A program made the position numbers and the translations under genes. This document shows positions 54,546 to 64,000 of a stretch of 64,000 bases of DNA, in pieces (positions within the stretch are counted from its first letter, which is position 1; the number at the start of each line of letters is the position of its first letter). The notes under the pieces were generated by a model. It was not told the origin of the DNA. It made no database searches and was given only the letters and a program-made list of their open reading frames with translations. The stretch spans positions 4,640,001-4,704,000 of the forward strand of contig OZ242318.1 of the NCBI GenBank assembly GCA_965208105.1, written 5' to 3'. Source of the DNA: Candidatus Latescibacterota bacterium (GTDB lineage: Bacteria; Latescibacterota; UBA2968; UBA8231).

Positions 54546-56801
54546 ATGGGCGACTTGCCATCTCACACAGCTGATCCCGATGCCCCAAAGGCCGTCGATC
54601 CGACTCCCGGGATTCCCATTCCTCTCGCCCACCTCGATGCAACTCTAGAACAAGCCGAAGGCCATCTGCAGCTGCAGATGTTGCTGATAGAAGTGGCCTC
54701 CTCCAACGAGCAGGCCGACTTCGATCTCATCTCCCGGGCCTATCACTTCGCCAGCGAGCATCACGGCGGCCAGATTCGCAAATCAGGCAGACCCTTTTTC
54801 CTGCAGCACTGCGTCGAGGTAGCCCGCATATTGGCACAGTTGCGGCTTGACTCCACAACCGTAGCTGCTGGTCTCTTGCACGACGTCCTTGAGGACACGC
54901 CGGCTACTCCGGAAAAGGTTACAGAGGAGTTCGGCCAAAAGATTGCCGCGCTTATCGACGGGGTTACCAAGATCGACCGTTTCACCTTCGATAGCCGGGA
55001 AGCGCGCCAGGCCGAGACCTATCGCAAGATGTTGCTGTCCATGACCAGGGATATACGGGTCATCCTGATCAAGTTTGCCGACCGCCTGCACAACATGCGC
55101 ACCTTGGAGCACATCGCCCCCAGCCAACAGCGCCGCGTTGCCCTCGAGACCCTCGACGTCTTCGCTCCTTTGGCCCACCGCTTCGGGCTTGCCCGCATTC
55201 GCTGGGAGCTCGAAGACTTGAGTCTCAAGTATCTCGAACCCGAAACATACCAGGAGATCGCAGACAAGGTTGCCATGAAGCGCAAGGAGCGCGAGGACTA
55301 CATCGAGGAGTTCAAGGCGCCCATAGAAGAAGAATTGCGCAAAACCGGAATCGAGGTCGAGATCACCGGAAGGGCAAAGAATTTTTTCAGTATCTACAAC
55401 AAAATGAAGAGGCGCAGCAAGCCATTCGAGGAAATCAATGATCTCATGGCCATACGCCTGATCGTCAGGTCCGTGCGCGAATGTTACCACACCCTGGGCC
55501 TGGTTCATACAATCTACCATCCCAAACCCGATCGTTTCAAGGATTATATTGCTACGCCCAAGACCAACATGTATCAGTCTCTGCACACCTCGGTCATTGG
55601 TCCGCGGGGCCTGCCCGTCGAAATTCAGATCCGGACTGCGGAGATGCACCACACGGCCGAGATAGGTATCGCCACCCACTGGAGGTGCGAGTCGGGAGAT
55701 ACTCGTCCAAGCGACCTTGACCAGCACATGCACTGGCTGCGCCAGGTCCTGGACTGGCAGCGCGATGCCACGGACCCGGCCGAATTCATGGAGAGCCTCA
55801 AAATCGATCTCTTTCAAGATGAGATTTTCATTTTTACCCCCAAGGGGGATCTCCACCAGCTCCCTCAGGGCGCAACCCCCATCGATTTCGCATTCGCCAT
55901 CCATACGGATATCGGCCTGCAATGTCTGACCGCGAAGATAAACGGCCACGTCGTCCCCATCGCGACCGAATTGAAGAGCGGGGATACGGTGGAGATCATC
56001 ACCTCCTCCCACCAGAAGCCAAGTCAGTCCTGGCTGGAAGTGGCCAAGACCACCAAGGCTCGCCACGCAATTCGCCGCTGGTTGAGAGAAGAACGACACG
56101 CCCATTCCGCCCGACTCGGACAGGAGATGCTCGAACGCGAGTTGAAGAGGTGTCGCCATAACCTGAAAAGCGGAGAGTTGGAGGCGTTGGGAAAGGCATT
56201 CGACCTCGCCGACAGCGAACATCTATACGCTGCCATCGGCAGCGGCGATCTCTCCGTTGTAAAGGTTGTAAACCAGCTTGTTCCCCACAAGCTGAGTCCC
56301 CGGCCCCGGCCCAGGCTCAGGGACCAGCGGGGCATCCTCATCCAGGGAATGGACGACCTGATGGTCAGTTTTGCAAAGTGCTGTACCCCGATACCCGGCG
56401 ATCCCATTATTGGCCTGATTACTCGGGGACGTGGAATCTCCGTGCACCGCATCGATTGTTCCAATACCGGTTCCGTTGCAGCGGAACCGGAACGGCTATT
56501 GGCCGTTGAATGGAATCCCGATGAGGATTTTGCCTTTACCGTGCAACTGCGCGTCAAGAGCCATGACCGCAAGTACCTGCTCTCCGATATTACCAAGGTG
56601 ATCAGTGATACCGGCGCGAATATCTACAGTTCGACGACGCGGACGACGGGCAATATCGCCGCCCAAGACTTCTGGGTCGACGTTAAAAATACAGGCCAAC
56701 TTTCGGAAACAATTGAGAAGATTTTGAAAGTAGAAGGGGTGATTGAGGTGTATCGGGTCGGGGAGACGCAGGTTTCATCACCCTCACCTGCAACATCTTA
56801 G
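54546..56801 (+). CDS. relA: bifunctional (p)ppGpp synthetase/hydrolase RelA/SpoT
   Basis: HD domain 'LLHDVLED', 'KFADRLHNMRT', synthetase 'YQSLHT...EIQIRT', TGS 'TPIDFAFAIHT', 'AKCCTPIPGD' and a C-terminal ACT domain. Confidence 0.95.
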   Translation: MGDLPSHTADPDAPKAVDPTPGIPIPLAHLDATLEQAEGHLQLQMLLIEVASSNEQADFDLISRAYHFASEHHGGQIRKSGRPFFLQHCVEVARILAQLRLDSTTVAAGLLHDVLEDTPATPEKVTEEFGQKIAALIDGVTKIDRFTFDSREARQAETYRKMLLSMTRDIRVILIKFADRLHNMRTLEHIAPSQQRRVALETLDVFAPLAHRFGLARIRWELEDLSLKYLEPETYQEIADKVAMKRKEREDYIEEFKAPIEEELRKTGIEVEITGRAKNFFSIYNKMKRRSKPFEEINDLMAIRLIVRSVRECYHTLGLVHTIYHPKPDRFKDYIATPKTNMYQSLHTSVIGPRGLPVEIQIRTAEMHHTAEIGIATHWRCESGDTRPSDLDQHMHWLRQVLDWQRDATDPAEFMESLKIDLFQDEIFIFTPKGDLHQLPQGATPIDFAFAIHTDIGLQCLTAKINGHVVPIATELKSGDTVEIITSSHQKPSQSWLEVAKTTKARHAIRRWLREERHAHSARLGQEMLERELKRCRHNLKSGELEALGKAFDLADSEHLYAAIGSGDLSVVKVVNQLVPHKLSPRPRPRLRDQRGILIQGMDDLMVSFAKCCTPIPGDPIIGLITRGRGISVHRIDCSNTGSVAAEPERLLAVEWNPDEDFAFTVQLRVKSHDRKYLLSDITKVISDTGANIYSSTTRTTGNIAAQDFWVDVKNTGQLSETIEKILKVEGVIEVYRVGETQVSSPSPATS

Positions 56802-56804
56802 AAC

Positions 56805-56837
56805 TCCGGCGAGGGGGGACCGCGGCCCTTCGCCGGA
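56805..56837 (+). terminator. GC-rich hairpin after relA
   Basis: TCCGGCGAGGGG / CCCTTCGCCGGA form a 12-bp stem immediately after the stop. The U tail is weak. Confidence 0.5.
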
Positions 56838-56901
56838 TCCATTTCCACATTGCAAACCTTCGGGTGCGCCATTCGCAGGCAGCTAGGAGTACCTCTGCAA
56901 G

Positions 56902-58008
56902 ATGCCAGCCGACTATTTCCTTCCCCACATCTCCCGCATGAATGCATATGTCCCGGGAGAACAGCCGCGGGAAGGGGGTTTCATCAAGCTCAACACCAAC
57001 GAGAATCCCTACCCGCCGTCCCCCCTGGTCCTTCGGCGTCTGCGCTCGGCCTGCGAGGAAGATCTCAAACTCTATCCGGACCCGGATGCCAGTGCCGTGC
57101 GCCGCAGGTTGGGCGAGATTTTCTCCGTCCATCCCGACGAAACTATCGTCGGAAATGGTTCGGACGAGTTGCTCAATATCGTCGTGCGGTGTTTTGCGGG
57201 CCCGGGCGAGAAGGTCGTCTATCCAAGTCCGACCTACGGTTACTACGAGAAGCTGGTCCGCCTGCAGAACGCCAGGCCGATTCCCATTGGCTTTCCCGAA
57301 GATTTTTCGCTCCCTCAAGATCTTGTTTTGGAGGATGCACGGGTTACCTTGATCGCCAACCCCAACTCCCCTTCAGGCACACTTGTTCCCTGCCGGGAAA
57401 TCGCAGGAGTGGCGAGCGCCACGAATGGGGTTCTGGTGGTGGACGAGGCCTATGTGGACTTCGCCGAGGAGGGGTGCGTTCGCCTCATCGACTCGTATCC
57501 AAACGTCATTGTCGTGCGCACCATGTCGAAGTCTTTTTCCCTGGCCGGCATGCGCATAGGCTTTGGCTTCGCCAACCGAGAGCTGGTGGCAGGGATGCGC
57601 AAGGTCAAGGAGCACTACAACATGGGACGGCTGGGCCTGGTGGCCGCGGAGGCCGCACTGGAGGACATGGATTGGATGCGAGGTCACGCCGCCCGCATCT
57701 GTGCGACCCGGAATCACCTCGTTCAAGGCCTCGTTGACCTGGGCTTTTCGGTTTGGGACTCCGCGGCCAATTTCGTCCTTGCCCGGATCGACAACCCTCC
57801 TGCCTCCGGGGTCTATGCGAAATTGAAGGAGCGCCGTATCCTGGTGCGCTACTTTGATCAGGGCCGCCTGCGTGATTGTTTGCGCATCACGGTCGGCCAG
57901 GACCGGGAAGTTGCAGCGCTGCTTCAAGCTCTGGAAGAAATCTTTGGCGAGGAAAAGGGTGAAGGCCAGAAAAGTCCGGAAGTGGATTCAAAGACAGGTG
58001 GAAGATAG
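56902..58008 (+). CDS. hisC: histidinol-phosphate aminotransferase
   Basis: 'IKLNTNENPYPPS', 'GNGSDE', 'NPNSPSG', 'VDEAY' and PLP-lysine motif 'RTMSKSFSLAGMRIG'. Confidence 0.92.
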   Translation: MPADYFLPHISRMNAYVPGEQPREGGFIKLNTNENPYPPSPLVLRRLRSACEEDLKLYPDPDASAVRRRLGEIFSVHPDETIVGNGSDELLNIVVRCFAGPGEKVVYPSPTYGYYEKLVRLQNARPIPIGFPEDFSLPQDLVLEDARVTLIANPNSPSGTLVPCREIAGVASATNGVLVVDEAYVDFAEEGCVRLIDSYPNVIVVRTMSKSFSLAGMRIGFGFANRELVAGMRKVKEHYNMGRLGLVAAEAALEDMDWMRGHAARICATRNHLVQGLVDLGFSVWDSAANFVLARIDNPPASGVYAKLKERRILVRYFDQGRLRDCLRITVGQDREVAALLQALEEIFGEEKGEGQKSPEVDSKTGGR

Positions 58009-58087
58009 CAGTTGCATTCTCTAATCGGGCGATTCACCTGGTAGGATCCTTCGCCTCTTTCCCCTCCCAAGGGGCGGGGCAGGCGAT

Positions 58088-59092
58088 TCAACGAATATTC
58101 GAGTGAGTTTCCGACCCCTCAGGACCCCCGAGGCGCTGGCTGATGCGTGGAGTGCGCCCGCCGCGCTGGTGCATACTGGCCAGCATATCGCCGAGCAGAC
58201 CGGTCGAGAAGAATTGAATCCCTACAATGATCAGCAGGATTCCCAGCATGAGCAGGGGAAGACGGTTTTGTATGTTTCCGTGCTCGTATCGCAGAAAGGC
58301 GATGTATCCACAGACCACCGAGCCAGTCAGAGTGGAAATCATTCCCAATGCCCCGAAGATGTGCATGGGAGTGGTCATGAAGCGCACCACGAAGGTGATT
58401 GTCAGCAGGTCGAGGAAGCCATTGAGCAGGCGACCGGCGCCGAATTTGGACCGGCCGAATTGCCGCGGGTGGTGCCGCACCGGAATCTCCCCCACACGGT
58501 ACCCCGCCCAGTGGGCAATGGCAGGAAGGTAGCGGTAAAGTTCCCCGTAAAGGTAGGGGATGGCGTCTTCGGCCACTTCGCGGCGGTAGGCCTTGAGCCC
58601 GCAATTGAAATCGTGCAGGCGGATTCCCGCAACCATTGATGTCACCCTGTTGAACAATTTGGATGGCAAGGTCTTGCTCAAGGGATCGCGGCGGTTTTTC
58701 TTCCAGCCCGATACCAGGTCGTAGTCTCGGTTGAGAGCCTCCAGCAGGCGGGGAATTTCCTCGGGGTCGTCCTGCAGATCTGCGTCCATCGTGACGATTA
58801 TCCGGCCGCGGGCTTCCAGGAAGCCTGTGGCCAGCGCGGCGGCCTTGCGGTGGTTGCGCCTGAAACGCACGGCCCGGATGCGCGGATACTTCGCGCTCAT
58901 CTCAACGACGGCGTCGTAAGATGCGTCGGTGCTGCCGTCATCCACGAAGATGATCTCTGACTCGAATTCCTGATTTTCCAGGACCAGATGCAGCTTTTCA
59001 CATAGTGGACGGAGGCTATCTTCCTCGTCGAAGACTGGAATGACCACCGACAGGTAGGGATTTCCCCCCGGTGATTCAGGACTTGAGCTCAT
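58088..59092 (-). CDS. GT2 polyprenol-phosphate glycosyltransferase (ArnC/GtrB-like)
   Basis: 'SVVIPVFDEE', 'VDDGSTD', 'MDADLQDDP' and 'HDFNCGLKAYR'. Two C-terminal TM helices. Start at the ATG at 59092. Confidence 0.9.
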   Translation of the reverse strand: MSSSPESPGGNPYLSVVIPVFDEEDSLRPLCEKLHLVLENQEFESEIIFVDDGSTDASYDAVVEMSAKYPRIRAVRFRRNHRKAAALATGFLEARGRIIVTMDADLQDDPEEIPRLLEALNRDYDLVSGWKKNRRDPLSKTLPSKLFNRVTSMVAGIRLHDFNCGLKAYRREVAEDAIPYLYGELYRYLPAIAHWAGYRVGEIPVRHHPRQFGRSKFGAGRLLNGFLDLLTITFVVRFMTTPMHIFGALGMISTLTGSVVCGYIAFLRYEHGNIQNRLPLLMLGILLIIVGIQFFSTGLLGDMLASMHQRGGRTPRISQRLGGPEGSETHSNIR

Positions 59093-59285
59093 CGACTTCC
59101 TCTCTCCAGCTGCCAGTGCGGTTTGGTAGTACCGGGTAAGTGGATTCCGGGGCGGAACGTCAGCCCCCTTGTGTTCTGTCGTAGCTGCCCCCGAAATTCC
59201 AAAAATAATAATTGCGGGCTTGTATGCACAATCGGCAACCGCCCGGGCTTGACACCCTCCTTCAGTACGCAGTATATAGCCTGTC

Positions 59286-60743
59286 GTGCAACTATCACCA
59301 AATTCCCACATTCACCTCATTGCCGTCGGCGGCACTGCCATGGGAACCGTTGCCGCCATGCTCAAGGAGCGCGGCTATCGCATTACCGGATCGGACGACC
59401 ACCTCTACCCGCCGATGAGCACCTTCCTGGAGGAGGAGGGGATCGAAGTCATGGAGGGGTTTTCCGCAGGCAATTTGCATCGGGCCCCGGATCTGGTGGT
59501 TGTCGGGAACGCGGTTTCGCGTGGCAACCCGGAGGTGGAGGAAACTCTGAATCGCAGGATTCCCTACCTTTCAATGCCGGAGGTAGTGCGCGATTTCTTC
59601 ATCCGCGAAAAGCGCTCCGTGGTAATTGCGGGGACCCACGGCAAGACCACCACCACCGCCCTCAGTGCCCATCTCCTGTCCAGCGCCGGGCTCGACCCAT
59701 CCTTCCTGATCGGGGGCGTTGCCCGCAATTTTCACCGGTCCTACCACCTCGGCAAAGGGGCCTTCTTCATCGTCGAAGGCGACGAGTACGATAGTGCTTT
59801 CTTCGCCAAGACTGCAAAATTCTTCTTCTACCTGCCCGAAGTGCTCGTGGTCAACAATATCGAATTCGACCACGCCGATATCTATGCCAATCTATCCGAA
59901 ATCGAAAAGGCTTTCCGCCAGCTCATCAACCTGGTCCCGCAGAACGGCCTTATACTGGCTAATGGCGATGATCCCGTAGTGGCCGCTTTGGTCCCGGCTT
60001 CCCTTGCGCCGGTGCAGACCTTCGGCTTTGGGGATGGAGCATTCTGGAAGGCGGGCCAGATCGAGGTCGCCGGAGAGATGGTCCGCTTCACCGTTAGCCG
60101 GCAGGGTGAGCGATGGGAGGATTTCGAGCTCCGAATGAGCGGCGCCCACAATGTGCGCAATGCTCTGGCCGCCATCGGCGTAGGGGTTCAAGCCGGCCTC
60201 TCCGCCGATCAATTGCGCGACGGGCTGCGCACTTTCAAAGGCGTCCTGCGCCGCCAGCAAATCGTGGGGGAGGTCGACGGAATCGTTCTCATAGATGATT
60301 TTGCCCACCATCCCACGGCTGTCGCCCACACGCTTGAGGGCGTGCGCCTGAGCTACGCGGGTGCCCGGGTCTGGGCGGTTTTCGAGCCGGCCAGCGCCAC
60401 CAACGCCCGGGCCACCTTCACCGACCGCTACGTCGAGGCATTCGCCGCGGCCGATTTCTTTATCATCGCCAAGGTACCGCGTCCCGACCGCGCCTCCCCG
60501 GACGCTCCAATGGATCCCCACCGCCTTGCCGCGCTGATTCGTGGGCAAGGCAGGACAGCTCACTACATTCCCGAAGTCCCCCGGATTATCGACCGCCTTC
60601 TGGGCGCTCTCCGCCCCGGGGATGTGGTTGTCTTCATGAGCAATGCCGGCTTCGGCAACGTCCAATCAAAACTGCTTGAAGCCCTGCGAGAACGCCATGA
60701 CGCCGAAACCTGTGCTCAAACCACCGGTCCTCGAGCCCGGTGA
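59286..60743 (+). CDS. mpl: murein peptide ligase Mpl
   Basis: 'HLIAVGGTAMG', 'LYPPMS', 'AGTHGKTTTT', 'EGDEYDSAFF', 'EFDHADIY' and 'DDFAHHPTA'. Confidence 0.92.
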   Translation: MQLSPNSHIHLIAVGGTAMGTVAAMLKERGYRITGSDDHLYPPMSTFLEEEGIEVMEGFSAGNLHRAPDLVVVGNAVSRGNPEVEETLNRRIPYLSMPEVVRDFFIREKRSVVIAGTHGKTTTTALSAHLLSSAGLDPSFLIGGVARNFHRSYHLGKGAFFIVEGDEYDSAFFAKTAKFFFYLPEVLVVNNIEFDHADIYANLSEIEKAFRQLINLVPQNGLILANGDDPVVAALVPASLAPVQTFGFGDGAFWKAGQIEVAGEMVRFTVSRQGERWEDFELRMSGAHNVRNALAAIGVGVQAGLSADQLRDGLRTFKGVLRRQQIVGEVDGIVLIDDFAHHPTAVAHTLEGVRLSYAGARVWAVFEPASATNARATFTDRYVEAFAAADFFIIAKVPRPDRASPDAPMDPHRLAALIRGQGRTAHYIPEVPRIIDRLLGALRPGDVVVFMSNAGFGNVQSKLLEALRERHDAETCAQTTGPRAR

Positions 60744-61656
60744 CCAGATCGCCCTGGTTGCGCCTTCGGGAAGTCCTCCCCCCGCGGCCTTGAGGGAAAG
60801 CACCGCCTATCTGCAACAGTGCGGCTACAGGGTCAAGCCGGGGAGCCATCTCTTCGAATCCTACAAGTACCTGGCCGGACGCGATGAAGAGCGCGTTGCC
60901 GATCTTATGGAAGCCTTTTCCAATGCCCGTACCCGGGCCATATTCTGTGCCCGGGGAGGCTATGGCTGCAGTCGCCTGCTCGACCGGCTCGACTACGGCG
61001 TAATCGCCGGCAACCCCAAAATCCTCCTGGGCCACAGTGACACTACCGCTCTGCACCTTGCCCTCTACGCCCGCATCGGGCTGGTGGGCTTCACAGGTGC
61101 TCTGGCCACTCTGGACCTTCGCCCCGGGCCCCGGACCTCCTTCACCCAGGGGTCTTTGTGGCGCGCCCTGACCAGCACGGATCCGCTTGGCGCTCTTCCC
61201 GCCGACTCAATGCAAGTCCTGGCGCCGGGGCGGGCGTGCGGCCCTCTGCTGGGAGGCTGCCTCTCCCTGCTCTGCAGCCTTTTGGGCACCCCCTTCCTGC
61301 CCGATTTCAAGGGGGCAATTCTCCTGCTGGAAGATGTGGGAGAGAGACCTTACCGGATAGACCGCATGCTCAACCAGCTGCGCCTTGCCGGGATTCTGAG
61401 CCAGGTCAGCGGCATCGTCCTGGGGCAGTTCAGGGACTGTTTCACCGGTCCCAGGAAGGCCTGTTCTTTGACGCTTGCACAGATCGTCGAGGACTTGGCC
61501 CGGGACCTCCATATCCCAATTGTCGCCGGCTTTCCCTATGGCCACTTCAAGCGCCGTTTCGTCCTCCCCCTCGGAGTCTCGGCCATTTTGGACACAAGTG
61601 TTCCGGGACTGCACCTCACCGAGGCGGCCCTCGAATCCAGGGAAGGCCATTCATGA
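60697..61656 (+). CDS. ldcA: muramoyltetrapeptide LD-carboxypeptidase (S66)
   Basis: 'VAPSG', 'ARGGYG', 'GHSDTT', 'LLEDVGE.PYRIDRML.QL' and 'YGH'. Confidence 0.9.
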   Translation: MTPKPVLKPPVLEPGDQIALVAPSGSPPPAALRESTAYLQQCGYRVKPGSHLFESYKYLAGRDEERVADLMEAFSNARTRAIFCARGGYGCSRLLDRLDYGVIAGNPKILLGHSDTTALHLALYARIGLVGFTGALATLDLRPGPRTSFTQGSLWRALTSTDPLGALPADSMQVLAPGRACGPLLGGCLSLLCSLLGTPFLPDFKGAILLLEDVGERPYRIDRMLNQLRLAGILSQVSGIVLGQFRDCFTGPRKACSLTLAQIVEDLARDLHIPIVAGFPYGHFKRRFVLPLGVSAILDTSVPGLHLTEAALESREGHS

Positions 61657-61877
61657 GGATGGAGGGGTTCGCCTTCACTGCGACAATCTCCGGGTTTCCG
61701 GGTGTGATCGATGCCTCGGGAAACTGCGGAGCGAATGAGGTGCCGGTCACAGGCCTGATGGTGCAGAAATTTCTGCCTGTGGTGGACACCGGGGCCTGGC
61801 CGAATAATTTTTTCGAAGGGGGAAATTTCGGCGATGCGGCGGTGCTGGATTTTCAGCGGATGTCCGTCCTTGACTAA
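61653..61877 (+). CDS. small hypothetical protein (74 aa) or gene fragment
   Basis: The ATG overlaps the ldcA stop (ATGA). Composition is protein-like. No family recognised. Confidence 0.3.
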   Translation: MRMEGFAFTATISGFPGVIDASGNCGANEVPVTGLMVQKFLPVVDTGAWPNNFFEGGNFGDAAVLDFQRMSVLD

Positions 61878-62070
61878 TTTGCCTGTTGGGCAGTGTATCT
61901 ATACCCGATCCTTCTCACCACATCCCCATTCAGCTGGTCGGAAAGGGAGAACGAGATGTTGAGCGCAGGTCGAATCCCCGCTTGCAACCTCGAGGGCTGC
62001 AACGATAGACCGGGAAGGGACAGTGCTCCTGAATGGTCCCCCCTGCTGGTGCAGTGGCGGCGGTGAATCC

Positions 62071-63339
62071 ATGCCGATGAGGTCGGTGGTTTCGGCGCAG
62101 TTGCGCGAGTATTTGAGGAGCAACCAGGACGGGCTGGTTTCCCTGCTGAAAAGCCTGGTCGGCATCCCCACAATCAATCCTCCCGGGCAGTGCTACGGAC
62201 AGATGGTGAAGGTGCTGCAAAACCGCTGCCGGCAGCTGGGAATGAAAGTGAAGGTCCACCGGGTCCCCGACGGGCTTGTCCGCGATGTGGCAGGTGTGGG
62301 GCCGGAGTTTCCCAGGTACAACCTGATCGCGCGCTGGGATGTGGGTGCACCCAGGACCGTGCACTTCAATGCACATTACGACGTAGTGCCGGCGGCCGGA
62401 AGCTGGAAACTCGGTGGCCCATTTACTCCTGTTGAGCGCAACGGCGAGGTCTATGGCCGTGGGACGGGGGACATGAAAGGCTCGATCGCTGCCTTGCTGA
62501 TGGCCGTGGAAGCCCTGCGCCACAATCGCCTGTCGCCCGCATTCAACGTCGAGTACTCGTTTACTGCCGACGAAGAAACGGGAGGGGAATTGGGCGCCGG
62601 ATTCATCGTGCGCCAGGGCCTGATCGACGCTGATTACGCCGTGGTCTGCGAAGGTGCGGCGGGCAGCCGGATCGGCTGCGGTCACAACGGTGTTTTGTGG
62701 CTTGTCGTGGAACTGGAAGGGAGGTCGGCGCACGCGTCCAGTCCCCGAAAAGGCATCAATGCCTTCGAGGCAATGGCGGCAATGGTCTCTCATTTGCAGG
62801 GGTACAAAAGAGAGCTGCTCGCCCGGGGGAGTCGTTACCGCGATTTCGACGGGAAGGAGTGCCGCCCTACCATCAACATCGGGGGTGTGTTTGGTGGAGG
62901 CGACGGGGACAAGGTGAATACTGTTCCGGAGCGGTCATGGTTCTCCATCGATCGCCGCATTTTGCCCAATGAGGACCTCCACCTCGTCGAACGGGAATTG
63001 CGCGATGTCCTCGGTCGGGCGGCCCAGAAGCATGCCAAGGTCAAGGTCGAGATCAGGGCTCCTCTGCGCATTGCACCTTGCGTGGTCGATCCCCGCCATG
63101 TCCTGCCCCGGACTTTTGCGCTGACCGCCCAGAGCGTGCGGCGCAGGCCGGCGGAATTCGGGACGACGAGGGGATTTACCGATCTCCACTATTTTGTCGA
63201 GGAGGGCGGGTTGCCGGGGATCGGCTACGGGGTCAAGGGTGAGCAGGGCCACGGCGTGGACGAGCGCGTCGCCGTCCGCGATGTACTGCAGACGGGCAGG
63301 ACATATGCCGAGTTCATGGTCAAGGGGATCCAGGTCTGA
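62071..63339 (+). CDS. M20 family metallopeptidase (ArgE/DapE-like deacylase)
   Basis: 'FNAHYDVVP', 'YGRGTGDMKG', 'DEETGG', 'GRSAHAS', 'KVNTVP' and 'HGVDE'. Confidence 0.9.
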   Translation: MPMRSVVSAQLREYLRSNQDGLVSLLKSLVGIPTINPPGQCYGQMVKVLQNRCRQLGMKVKVHRVPDGLVRDVAGVGPEFPRYNLIARWDVGAPRTVHFNAHYDVVPAAGSWKLGGPFTPVERNGEVYGRGTGDMKGSIAALLMAVEALRHNRLSPAFNVEYSFTADEETGGELGAGFIVRQGLIDADYAVVCEGAAGSRIGCGHNGVLWLVVELEGRSAHASSPRKGINAFEAMAAMVSHLQGYKRELLARGSRYRDFDGKECRPTINIGGVFGGGDGDKVNTVPERSWFSIDRRILPNEDLHLVERELRDVLGRAAQKHAKVKVEIRAPLRIAPCVVDPRHVLPRTFALTAQSVRRRPAEFGTTRGFTDLHYFVEEGGLPGIGYGVKGEQGHGVDERVAVRDVLQTGRTYAEFMVKGIQV

Positions 63340-63355
63340 TGAGAGAGGAATAATC

Positions 63356-64000
63356 GTGGATCTCGTCAAGTTGGTGAGCGCCGGGGAGATGGCGGCAATC
63401 GACCTCCGCAGCATCGAAGAAGGGGGCATTCCAGCAACCGAGCTGATGGAGCGCGCCGGCCGCGGGGTATATGAGATCATCCAGGAAGAATGGGACGGCC
63501 TCGACGGTCTGGACCTGGCAGTGGTCTGCGGCAAGGGCAACAACGGCGGTGATGGATTCGTCGCTGCGAGGTTGCTGCACCAGGCCGGGGTGACCCAGCG
63601 CATCTTTCTGGCCGCCGAAAAAGGGGAGATCGGCAGGGATGCGGCACACCACCTTGAACTCCTCGAATCAGCGGGTGCCCAGGTCGAAAGGCTCCGGGAC
63701 CCAGGGGATTTCAAGCGGTTCGAGGTTGCTCTGAAGGCCTCGGATCTGGTGGTTGATGCCCTCCTGGGCACGGGTATCCGTGGCGCACCCAGGCCGGAGC
63801 TGGAACGAATCATCGATCTGATCGGGGCGTGTGGCTCCCCCGTAGTAGCCGTGGACCTGCCTTCCGGCCTGGATGCCGATACAGGTCAGATCCACGGGGC
63901 ATGCGTCAATGCAACTCTGACCGCCACGTTTGGACTGCCCAAGATCGGCCAGATGTTCTTTCCCGGCCGGTCCCGTTGCGGTGTGCTGCGGCTCGTGGAC
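63356..64000 (+). CDS. nnr: NAD(P)H-hydrate epimerase (YjeF N-terminal; probably Nnr), truncated by window end
   Basis: The GTG at 63356 follows GAGG. My translation gives 'EMAAID...LMERAG...CGKGNNGGDG...VDALLGTG...VAVDLPSG'. The ORF is missing from the track because it has no stop in the window. Confidence 0.9.
   Translation, partial: MDLVKLVSAGEMAAIDLRSIEEGGIPATELMERAGRGVYEIIQEEWDGLDGLDLAVVCGKGNNGGDGFVAARLLHQAGVTQRIFLAAEKGEIGRDAAHHLELLESAGAQVERLRDPGDFKRFEVALKASDLVVDALLGTGIRGAPRPELERIIDLIGACGSPVVAVDLPSGLDADTGQIHGACVNATLTATFGLPKIGQMFFPGRSRCGVLRLVD

Noticed and set aside
54783-56222. 479-aa - strand ORF
   Set aside because: Antisense shadow of relA/spoT.
1-64000. CRISPR arrays, rRNA, IS elements, prophage genes
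   Set aside because: I saw no regularly spaced direct repeats, rRNA-like sequence, transposase, integrase or phage structural motifs.

Overview
This is a GC-rich, gene-dense chromosomal window from a diderm bacterium (TolC, MlaC and lipoproteins are present). The Minf_1886-family, ASPIC/UnbV and M28-FtsX genes suggest an uncultured FCB/PVC-type lineage such as Latescibacterota; this is inference only. About 54 CDS and one tRNA-Gly(GCC) are supported. I found no rRNA, CRISPR array, transposase or integrase. Layout: (1) 1-7.5 kb is a same-strand accessory run of 3 VOC proteins, 4 SAM methyltransferases, an ankyrin-cold-shock fusion, a degenerate sirtuin and a wHTH regulator. (2) 7.7-18 kb is a lipid synthesis and export locus: sulfotransferase-like gene, NTP transferase, DIPPS-like CDP-alcohol phosphotransferase, LPG-synthase-type flippase, TolC, MlaC-DUF3047 fusion, MlaC and MMPL, ending at tRNA-Gly. 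(3) 18-43.7 kb holds envelope and housekeeping genes (TPR/FG-GAP/UnbV protein, PBP1A, ytfI/ytfJ-like, rlmN, M23, larC, a split dpp operon, TPR + LolB-like, DprE1/E2-like, recD2). (4) 43.7-54 kb is the best candidate for an undescribed system: a tightly packed minus-strand operon. It encodes a ~1585-aa PA/M28 pseudo-peptidase fused to a MacB/FtsX permease, an OPT-like transporter with an apparently circularly permuted Fn3-like insert, a tandem PsbP/DcrB-like protein, a stand-alone PqqD/RRE protein and a PAP2 protein. No ATPase or precursor peptide is seen in the window. (5) 54-64 kb is housekeeping (rpsU, relA/spoT, hisC, GT2, mpl, ldcA, M20 deacylase, nnr). All family calls come from reading motifs by eye, and no database was searched.
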